DNA from: an uncultured Desulfohalobiaceae bacterium
GTDB taxonomy: Bacteria; Desulfobacterota; Desulfovibrionia; Desulfovibrionales; Desulfothermaceae
Length of the DNA stretch: 64,000 nucleotides
Direction: 5' to 3'
Assembly: GCA_964494985.1 (NCBI GenBank)
Contig: CAZBUB010000008.1
Location: forward strand, 520-64,519
Part shown: in pieces, positions 57,428-64,000 of the stretch
Numbering within the stretch: the first letter of the stretch is position 1
Layout of the letters: every line of letters starts with the position of its first letter
Position numbers and translations under genes: made by a program
The notes under the pieces: generated by a model
Seen by the model: only the letters and a program-made list of their open reading frames with translations
Told to the model about the DNA's origin: nothing
Databases searched by the model: none

Positions 57428-59047
57428 TTATTTTGCTGACCTATGATGGATATGATCCAGTAAGAGCAAGATTTTTTCAGAAACACCCTCAGGCAGCTCC
57501 TCAGGTACATTAGCCTCAGTCTTCTTGTCTGCCTGTTTTTGTTGCTTTTGTACCTTCTGCCTGATTTGTTTTTCGTCTTCTTCTAACTTCGCTTTGGCCT
57601 CAGCCTCCTTCCTGACCTTTTCCTCAGCTTCACGTTTAGCTTTTTCCTCGGCTTCCTTTTTGGCCTTTTCTTCAGCCTCTCGCTTAGCTTTCTCTTCAGC
57701 TTCTGCCTTGGCTTTGGCCTCTGCTTCAGCTTTGGCCTTTTCTTCAGCCTCGGCCTTGGCCTTTTCCTCGGCGCTTAGCTCTGCTTTGGCTTCAGGCTGG
57801 GGCTTCTCCTGCTCAGGTTTGGCCTCTTTTGCCGCTGGTTTGGCTTCTGTCTCGGGCTCAGGCTTAGCCTCAGCTTTGGGCTCGGGCTTCTCTTCTGCCT
57901 TAGGCTTGGCTTCAGCTGCAGGCTTTTCTTCGGCCTTAGGCTTGGCTTCAGCCGCAGGCTTTTCTTCCTTTTTCTCCGCCTTCTTGGCCGCAGGCTTCTT
58001 TTCCTCCTCTATGGTCAGGTCAGGCTCAGGAGCCAAGGAGGCATAATCAATTTCAGTATCAGCCAGGAGCTTGTTAATGCCGGATATATCCTGGGCCTGG
58101 CCGCCGTCCACCAGCAGGTCGATAAAGCTGCGCACCATGCGAACCGCTTCTGGATGGCGCATGATCAGCAGATCCGAGCCTGCCATAAGATAGGCCACGG
58201 CCCCCACAGTTTCCATGAGGATGGCTCTTCTTTCAGGGTCTCCCAGAAGCTGATTCTCTTCCACAGGCTGCTTGGCTTCCTTGCTCCTCCAGATCTCGTT
58301 GCCCAGATTGTTGATAATGGGCTGTTGCAGCTTGTCGTCCCCAAAGGTCAAAGCTGCAAGTTTAATCCTCTCCATGACCGAGTATGCATACTCCAGCCCA
58401 TAGCCCAGCCCGCCGGTGGTGGGGTCTATAATCACCTTGTCCAGGGAAACCCCTAGATTTTCAAGAAGAATATTTACTTGCTTGGCCAGGTTTACGTCAA
58501 TTGGGGAGGAGGAGATAGCGGTGTGCTTATAGCCCATGACTGCTGCGCCTATAGCCTTATGATTGGCATCCTCTATAGGGCCAATCACAAGGTTCTTGCC
58601 GTCGAAGGCCTCTGCAACCTTTTTGAGTACCTGGGCATCCTTATCCACATTGGCTGTACCCCAGATGACCAAGGGCACGTCAATGGCTTCTAGGATGTTC
58701 TGCACTGTGGAAACAGCCTGATCTGCGCTGGTATCATGGGTATTTGGATCTGTACTCTTTAGCTGCAGGGTGACCAAGTCTGCCCCGTATTCTTCTACGC
58801 ATTTTTTGGCCGAGGCAGCCGGGTCTCCCAGGCAGTCCTTGAAGGGGGCTGTCACCCACTCCGGCCATTCTTCCGGCTCCATATCCCAGATCTCCATGGC
58901 GATCTTGGGCTTGTTGGGCATCTCCCCTTCGAAATCATAGAATGGCAGGCAACTTTCTCCGCCAATGGTGACAGCCTTGTCACCCTGACCCAAAGTCACC
59001 TTTTTGATACTGCCGGAATAGCTTTCTTTCACCATTTCAAAGCCCAT
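57428..59047 (-). CDS. acsD: corrinoid iron-sulfur protein small subunit AcsD (CdhD-like) with a long low-complexity C-terminal extension
   Basis: The first ~345 aa form an AcsD-like TIM barrel. The ATG at 59047 has AAGGAG 5 nt upstream; the ORF track begins at GTG 59053. Residues ~349-511 are K/A/E/P-rich. Confidence 0.88.
   Translation of the reverse strand: MGFEMVKESYSGSIKKVTLGQGDKAVTIGGESCLPFYDFEGEMPNKPKIAMEIWDMEPEEWPEWVTAPFKDCLGDPAASAKKCVEEYGADLVTLQLKSTDPNTHDTSADQAVSTVQNILEAIDVPLVIWGTANVDKDAQVLKKVAEAFDGKNLVIGPIEDANHKAIGAAVMGYKHTAISSSPIDVNLAKQVNILLENLGVSLDKVIIDPTTGGLGYGLEYAYSVMERIKLAALTFGDDKLQQPIINNLGNEIWRSKEAKQPVEENQLLGDPERRAILMETVGAVAYLMAGSDLLIMRHPEAVRMVRSFIDLLVDGGQAQDISGINKLLADTEIDYASLAPEPDLTIEEEKKPAAKKAEKKEEKPAAEAKPKAEEKPAAEAKPKAEEKPEPKAEAKPEPETEAKPAAKEAKPEQEKPQPEAKAELSAEEKAKAEAEEKAKAEAEAKAKAEAEEKAKREAEEKAKKEAEEKAKREAEEKVRKEAEAKAKLEEDEKQIRQKVQKQQKQADKKTEANVPEELPEGVSEKILLLLDHIHHRSAK
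57521..58009 (-). repeat. Low-complexity tandem-repeat coding segment inside acsD (AEEKPAAEAKPK and EEKAKxEAE units)
   Basis: The translation shows KPAAEAKPKAEE repeated exactly twice, then degenerate EAKP units, then repeats of about 9 aa of the form AEEKAK(A/R)EAE. The DNA shows matching periodic gcc/ttc/ctt strings. Confidence 0.85.
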
Positions 59048-59289
59048 ATGCACTCCTTATTGATTGAAATTAATGCCAATGTGCATGGTCCTTAAACATA
59101 ATCGCCAGTTGATTCTTACCTCCTAGCTTGGTTTGCTGTCTTGTTTGCCCCGCTTCCAGCCCAAGGTCCCTTCTTGGTTTAAGCCGGATACCTCGTTGAC
59201 CTGCGTATAGGGTTGGGACTTGTCACCAAAAAGATCCCTTTTGGTTTTGGCAACAATCTCCTGACTTTCTGAATATATGTAAGAGTTGT

Positions 59290-59549
59290 TTTTAAATCTT
59301 AGGGAACAAAGCTCTTTGATTCAATTTTTTCTCTAAAATAAATAACTTCTCCGTAGCTGTAAATTTGGCCTTTGTCAACAAGGTATACTTTAAAGTGTGA
59401 TTTTGTCGAAGCAAAGACATAGACTCCTCAAAGCAGAGCCATATCTGCAGCCCAACATTGAGCACACGGGAATGCTTCAATAAAGATCTTAGTGCTACTA
59501 ATTGCTTGTTGTTGTTATTTTATGAATATTTTAGTTTAATAAATGTTAC
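59290..59549 (-). promoter_or_regulatory. AT-rich intergenic block, putative promoter region for acsD-acsB-acsC-acsE
   Basis: Hand counts of three 60-nt blocks (59281-59340, 59341-59400, 59481-59540) give about 25%, 35% and 22% G+C. The minus strand contains a TTGACA hexamer. No promoter is proven. Confidence 0.4.
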
Positions 59550-61517
59550 TTATTTCTGCGCACCTTGCTCTTGCTGCACTTTTTTTCGTTCCTGCATTCG
59601 TTGCTGCAGCCTGGGGAACTGGTCCAGGTCGGTATGGGGCAGGAACAAGGAAGCTACATAATTGTCCATATAGGAGGAGGTCTCGGAGAACTCGAAGTTG
59701 GTCATCTTTTTGGTGACCTCCACCACATCCTTGCGCAAGTGGTTGTTTAAAGAGCTCATCTTGGAGCCCATCAGGGAGCCGTTGCCCACATAGACGATCT
59801 TCTCCGGATCCATCTCTGGGAGCAGTCCTATGGTCATGGCTTTTTCCAGGTCTATATAGCTGCCGAAACCTCCGGCAATGATAATCTTGTCCAGGTCAGA
59901 CATGCTGAGGCCCACTTCATTGAGCAGGGTCATGCAGCCGCTGTATATGGCGCCCTTGGCCCGGATCAGATTGTCTATGTCCGGCTCCTGCAGGGTGACA
60001 TCCCGGCCCAGATCGGTATCCTCGGCCCAAGCCAAGACAAATTCGTAAATATCATTGTTGTTTCTGATTCTGGGAGTATCCAGTTCCCTGTTGAACTTGC
60101 CCTGGTTGTCTATGATGCCCATCTCGAACATGGTGGCCACCATGGTTATCAGGCCTGAGCCGCAGATCCCGATGGGCTTCTCCTGGCCGATAGTCAAAAG
60201 CATGGGCTCCAGGGTCACCGGATCCACGGAGAAGTCCTCAATGGCTCCCTTTTCAGCCCGGACCCCAAACTTCATGCCTCCGCCTTCGAAAGCCGGCCCT
60301 GCTGAGCAGGCAGCGCAGGCCATCCAGTCCTTGTTGCCGATCACGATCTCTGCATTAGTGCCGATGTCCATATATAAGGTGATCTCTTCCGCCCTGTACA
60401 TGAGCGAGCCCATGACTCCGGCTACTATATCCCCACCTACGTAACTGGACACAGCAGGGAAGGCCAGGGCCAGGACATGACGATCCAGGTCGAATCCCAG
60501 TTCCTGGGCCCGCAGGGGGGGGAACATGGTGCAGGTAGGCACATATGGGGATCTGCGGATGTACTTGGGGTTCAGCATGAGCAGGAGCTGAGTCATGGTA
60601 GTGTTCCCAGCCAAGGTTAGGGTGGAGATGTGTTCCGGGCTGATCCCCGCCTTGCTGATGATCTTTTTGATCACGCTGTTTGCGGTCTTGAGCACGGCCT
60701 GATTTAGCTCCTGCAGGCCATTGCCCTTCTCGGCATAGACAATCCTGCTGATGATGTCCTCCCCGTAGCTCATCTGGGCATTGAAATCCCCGTACTCAGA
60801 CAGGACCTGTCCGCTGTTCAGATCCAGGATCTGGCCAAAGACAGTGGTGGTGCCCACATCCATGGCTACTGCGTAGTTCTGGTCTGTGCTGTCTCCAGGA
60901 TGGACATTGATAATTCCGGTCTTGTTGCCCTCATGCACAGGCCTGGCCAGGGTGGCAGTGACATGGAAGTCCTGCTGGCGCAGCACATCTGTAATATTCC
61001 TGATGACCTGCAGATCTACCTCTAGCTTGTGCTCATCGTGTTTGAGCTTCAGGAAGTTGATGAGCCTGGTTACGTCCGAGGAGTTGTCCATGCTGGTGGG
61101 CTCAGGCAGCTGCAGGAATTTCTTTTCCACCGGGGTCAGGAACAGGCCCTTTTCTTTGAAGTCCGAGAGATCCACCTGCTTGATTTTTGCAGTCCTGCGC
61201 GGAGTGGGAGGCATGTTCAGCACACTGGCGTCCAGCTCGGATTCTACAGGCACCCGGATATTGACATCGCCCTGCACAGAGGATTGGCAGGCCAGTCTAT
61301 ATCCCTGGTCCACATCCTCCTGGCTCAGTTTTTCATTGATACCGCCCTGGACTTCTCCTGCTTCGATTTTCACCCTGCATTTGCCGCAGACCCCCTTTCC
61401 TCCACAGGAGGCGTTTATATGGACCCCTGCATCCAGGGCAGCCCGGATCAGATTTTGGCCTTTAGGGACCTTTATTTCCCTTTCGTGGGGAAAAAATTTG
61501 ACATTGAATTTGGCCAT
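59550..61517 (-). CDS. reductive activator of corrinoid protein (RACo/AcsV-type: [2Fe-2S] ferredoxin + ASKHA ATPase)
   Basis: MAKFNVKF.. start with GAGGAGG 8 nt upstream; the ORF track begins at 61550. It has an N-terminal plant-type 2Fe-2S motif (CGGKGVCGKC..LAC) and C-terminal ASKHA motifs (..AMDVGTTT.., ..DIGTNAEIV.., ..CSAGPAFEGGG..). Confidence 0.88.
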   Translation of the reverse strand: MAKFNVKFFPHEREIKVPKGQNLIRAALDAGVHINASCGGKGVCGKCRVKIEAGEVQGGINEKLSQEDVDQGYRLACQSSVQGDVNIRVPVESELDASVLNMPPTPRRTAKIKQVDLSDFKEKGLFLTPVEKKFLQLPEPTSMDNSSDVTRLINFLKLKHDEHKLEVDLQVIRNITDVLRQQDFHVTATLARPVHEGNKTGIINVHPGDSTDQNYAVAMDVGTTTVFGQILDLNSGQVLSEYGDFNAQMSYGEDIISRIVYAEKGNGLQELNQAVLKTANSVIKKIISKAGISPEHISTLTLAGNTTMTQLLLMLNPKYIRRSPYVPTCTMFPPLRAQELGFDLDRHVLALAFPAVSSYVGGDIVAGVMGSLMYRAEEITLYMDIGTNAEIVIGNKDWMACAACSAGPAFEGGGMKFGVRAEKGAIEDFSVDPVTLEPMLLTIGQEKPIGICGSGLITMVATMFEMGIIDNQGKFNRELDTPRIRNNNDIYEFVLAWAEDTDLGRDVTLQEPDIDNLIRAKGAIYSGCMTLLNEVGLSMSDLDKIIIAGGFGSYIDLEKAMTIGLLPEMDPEKIVYVGNGSLMGSKMSSLNNHLRKDVVEVTKKMTNFEFSETSSYMDNYVASLFLPHTDLDQFPRLQQRMQERKKVQQEQGAQK

Positions 61518-61590
61518 GGCAGTAACCTCCTCAATTGTTTTCCTGTTCAAAATCCAAAGAGCTGCAGCAGCTTAAGCCGGATTCAGGTCT

Positions 61591-63159
61591 TCAGCGCAGC
61601 AGTTTCTGCACTGAAGGGAACAGGGACTTTTCAGTGTGGGGCAAAAATTTTGCAGCACTGAACCTGTTCATGAAATCCTGGTTCACATTCAGCTCCAAGT
61701 AAGTGATTTTATTTTCAATTTCCGTTAGTTCCCCCAGTGATCCAGGCTGCAGCAGGAACTTGGCGCAGCCCTCCAGAGAACTGTTGCCCAGGGGCTCAAA
61801 GCGCTCCAAGGACAAATCAGGCAGCATGCCGATAGTAATGGCGGAGACCGGGTCTATCAGATTGCCGAAGGCTCCGGCTACATAAAAAGTGCTGATGTCC
61901 TCAAGGCTGACTCCCACACTGGAGGTCAGGGTTTCCAGAATGGTATACATGGCTGCCTTGGAACGGATCAGGCTGTCCAGCTCTGCCTGGCCCAGTAAAA
62001 GTTCCTGGCCGTCCCTGGTTTGGGAGGCATCAGCCAAAAGAAGGTACAGATTATCTCCCCTGCGTACAAGGCACTCAGGACAGCTATCAGCTACAAACTT
62101 GCCCCTGAAGTCCAACAGTCCGGCCAGAAAAAGCTGGGCAGCCAGATCGATCATACCAGAGCCGCAAATGCCCGCAGGGGGCAGCCCGTCGATAGTATGC
62201 AACTCGAATTCCAGGCTCTCAGGGTCTATTTTTACCCGGTCTATGATCCCTGGGCCAGCCTGTTTGCCGATTTCGCTGACCCCGCCCTCCAGAGCAGGGC
62301 CTGCTGCCCCGGCGCAGGCGATGAGCCAGTCCTGGTTGCCCAGAACCACTTCCGCGTTGGTGCCCACATCCACCAGGATGGAGATTTCCTGCTTTGTATG
62401 CATTCCGGAGTAAAGGATCCCTGCAAACAAATCCCCGCCGAAGTAGCTGCCCGCATTGGGGAAACAAAATATTCCAGCTCGAGGGTTGATTTCTAGGTTA
62501 GCCAACTCCTTGACCTTTATGGGCTCGGGTCTGTTCCAAACCGGGATGTAGGGTTCCCGGATCATCCAGTATGTGGATAGGTTGAGGAAAAAATGGGTCA
62601 TGGCTGTGTTTCCAGCCAGGGCCAGGCAATAAATCCTCTGTGTCTCCAATCCGACAGAGCTGCACACATCCTGTGCTGCCTGGGCCAAGCCCTGCAAGAG
62701 TACCCTTTGCAGGTTTTGGCTGCTTTCAGGCTGGGAAGCATAATGGATGCGGGTTAGAATATCCGGTCCAAATTCTGCCTGGGGGTTGGGAAAGCTTTGT
62801 TCAGCAAGGAACTCTTTGTTGTTTAGATCCAGCAGGCGCAAGGTAAAACTGGTAGTACCCAGATCCACAGCCAGCCCCAGATATCTGCTGTTTTGGTTTA
62901 AACCCTCTACTTCCAAAAGGAGGCAATTGTTCCTTCCTGCCAGCAGGGCACAGGAAACTTGGAACTCGTTTTGGCGCAGTATGCCAGGTAGTTTTCGCAG
63001 CAGGGGCAGATCAATATGTACAGAATCCAAGCCCGCATCTTTTTTTAAGGCCAGCTGCAGACGTTCAGCATCTGCTGAGTTGTCTGCAAAAGAGGGCTTG
63101 GGTAGCAAAATCTCCTGGACCCAAGAATCAAGATCTAAGTACATATTTTGATTGTACAT
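61591..63159 (-). CDS. RACo-like ASKHA-domain protein lacking the [2Fe-2S] domain
   Basis: 522 aa paralogue of the downstream gene (..AVDLGTTS.., ..DVGTNAEVV.., ..CAGAAGPALEGGV..). Its N-terminus aligns to the RACo linker/middle region, and no Cys cluster is present. Confidence 0.8.
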   Translation of the reverse strand: MYNQNMYLDLDSWVQEILLPKPSFADNSADAERLQLALKKDAGLDSVHIDLPLLRKLPGILRQNEFQVSCALLAGRNNCLLLEVEGLNQNSRYLGLAVDLGTTSFTLRLLDLNNKEFLAEQSFPNPQAEFGPDILTRIHYASQPESSQNLQRVLLQGLAQAAQDVCSSVGLETQRIYCLALAGNTAMTHFFLNLSTYWMIREPYIPVWNRPEPIKVKELANLEINPRAGIFCFPNAGSYFGGDLFAGILYSGMHTKQEISILVDVGTNAEVVLGNQDWLIACAGAAGPALEGGVSEIGKQAGPGIIDRVKIDPESLEFELHTIDGLPPAGICGSGMIDLAAQLFLAGLLDFRGKFVADSCPECLVRRGDNLYLLLADASQTRDGQELLLGQAELDSLIRSKAAMYTILETLTSSVGVSLEDISTFYVAGAFGNLIDPVSAITIGMLPDLSLERFEPLGNSSLEGCAKFLLQPGSLGELTEIENKITYLELNVNQDFMNRFSAAKFLPHTEKSLFPSVQKLLR

Positions 63160-63160
63160 A

Positions 63161-63997
63161 TCAGTTGGTTTTCAGTTTGCCCAATAGGGTGATCCAGTTC
63201 TCCTGTCTGGACCAGGTCCATAGACTGTCCAGCCCAGGGAGTTGGTCCAAAATGCTGCGCAGCTCCAGACCCTGGGTGCCCAATAGGCCAGAGAGGATAA
63301 ACCACTTCTTGTTCTGCAGGCTTTTGGAACGGACAATCCCTTGTAAAACCTGGAAATGGATGTTGGCCAGCAAGATGTCCGCTGCCTGGCTGGCGTAGTC
63401 CTGAGCCCTGGCCTGCAGTACCAATACCCTGTCTTGAAGCTGGTTGAGGCAAACATTTTTCCGAGCAGTGGAAGCAGCTAAGGGATTCAAGTCCAGGGCA
63501 AGGACAGGTCCACATCCTACCCGGGCTGCAGCCAGGGCCAGCACTCCACTGCCAGTGCCCAGATCCAAAACACTGGGTTGTTCCTCTTTCCGCAGTATCC
63601 ATTCCAGGGCCTGCAGGCAGGACCTGGTGGTTTGATGCTGGCCTGAGCCGAAAACCAAACCGGGGTCCAGGAGGATATCCTTTGTTGCTACAGCCTTTTC
63701 AGCATCCCAGGCTGGAATGATCCGCCAGTCTGCTGCCTGGAAGGTTTGCATCTCATGACCTAACCATTCGGTATAGCTCATTTGAAAGCTGTCTTTGAGG
63801 CTAAGCCAAGGGTATGTCTGTAAAAGGCCCTGTATACGTTCCCTGGCTGAGGCTCGGAAAAAGATAAAGCTCAAATCGTCCTCAATCCAGGTACCCAGAT
63901 AATCTGGTTCATTTTTGAAGGTTGTCCAGGGATCCACTTTGCCCTGCAGATAATAGATAAAAAGCTCTTGTGCAGGAGATCTTCGTTTGCGCTGCAC
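63161..63997 (-). CDS. prmA: ribosomal protein L11 methyltransferase-like (PrmA family)
   Basis: ..LDPGLVFGSGQHQTTRSCL.. and ..LDLGTGSGVLALAAA.. are PrmA/SAM-MTase motifs. The GTG start sits 3 nt from the window edge, so the true start may lie outside the window. Confidence 0.8.
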   Translation of the reverse strand: MQRKRRSPAQELFIYYLQGKVDPWTTFKNEPDYLGTWIEDDLSFIFFRASARERIQGLLQTYPWLSLKDSFQMSYTEWLGHEMQTFQAADWRIIPAWDAEKAVATKDILLDPGLVFGSGQHQTTRSCLQALEWILRKEEQPSVLDLGTGSGVLALAAARVGCGPVLALDLNPLAASTARKNVCLNQLQDRVLVLQARAQDYASQAADILLANIHFQVLQGIVRSKSLQNKKWFILSGLLGTQGLELRSILDQLPGLDSLWTWSRQENWITLLGKLKTN

Positions 63998-64000
63998 AGG

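Noticed and set aside
57525-58046. A 173-aa Ser/Ala/Phe/Leu-rich ORF on the + strand.
   Set aside because: It is the antisense reading of the K/A/E repeat region of acsD, and so an artefact of the repeat composition.
59054-59290. A cobalamin riboswitch upstream of acsD.
   Set aside because: Only short look-alike strings are present (AGTCAGGAGA, AAAAGGGA, GGTGACAAGTCCC). The B12-box-like element lies 5' rather than 3' of the others, and the CCCGCCACTG-type core is missing. It cannot be called without a covariance-model search, and is kept only as a check in the ACS-cluster finding.
1-64000. A scan for CRISPR arrays, tRNA/rRNA genes, transposases, toxin-antitoxin pairs and known defence-system genes.
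   Set aside because: I saw no regularly spaced direct repeats, no cloverleaf-like sequences in the intergenic gaps, and no recognisable transposase, integrase or defence proteins. The only recombinase is the Xer-type gene.

Overview
The window looks like ordinary chromosomal DNA from a sulfate-reducer-like (Desulfovibrionales-type) anaerobe; that assignment is inferred from gene content only. It is densely coded and mostly core genes.

Gene order:
- 1-12.9 kb (+): S10/spc/alpha ribosomal superoperon, from rplC (cut by the window edge) to rplQ. It includes secY, rpmJ (not in the ORF track) and rpoA, and ends in a clear terminator.
- 12.9-13.9 kb: a LysR regulator.
- 14.1-21.5 kb (-): a tight usp-pilMNOPQ-hisC-cmk array.
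- 21.7-25.2 kb (-): heptose-1-P adenylyltransferase domain, Crp/Fnr regulator, long-form hflX, and a stand-alone IMP cyclohydrolase (PurH N-domain).
- 25.6-32.9 kb (+): sigma54-type promoter, then flgBC-fliEFGHI running straight into cbiA.
- 33.1-39.1 kb: futalosine menaquinone cluster (mqnB, polyprenyl synthase, mqnA, two MqnC/MqnE radical-SAM genes, mqnD).
- 39.2-49.5 kb: unknown polytopic membrane protein, cpoB, dprA, a c-di-GMP-type module (small DUF3391-like protein, HDOD, REC-GGDDF), a xerC/D-type recombinase, an orphan 577-aa protein, a Zn-ribbon/acidic protein, and rarA.
- 49.5-52.6 kb: TPR protein with an atypical receiver, icd, and a small hypothetical.
- 52.7-64 kb (-): Wood-Ljungdahl carbonyl-branch cluster prmA, RACo-like, RACo, acsD, acsB, acsC, acsE.

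I found no CRISPR array, tRNA, rRNA, transposase or obvious mobile element, and no recognisable defence system.

Most noteworthy observations:
- the orphan 577-aa plus Zn-ribbon pair next to rarA;
- an AcsD carrying a roughly 190-aa Lys/Ala/Glu/Pro-rich C-terminal extension;
- tandem RACo paralogues, one lacking the [2Fe-2S] domain;
- a conserved-looking hflX N-terminal extension with no canonical start codon;
- a repeat- and helix-rich 377-nt intergenic region inside the mqn cluster.

All family assignments come from reading the translations by eye; no searches were run.
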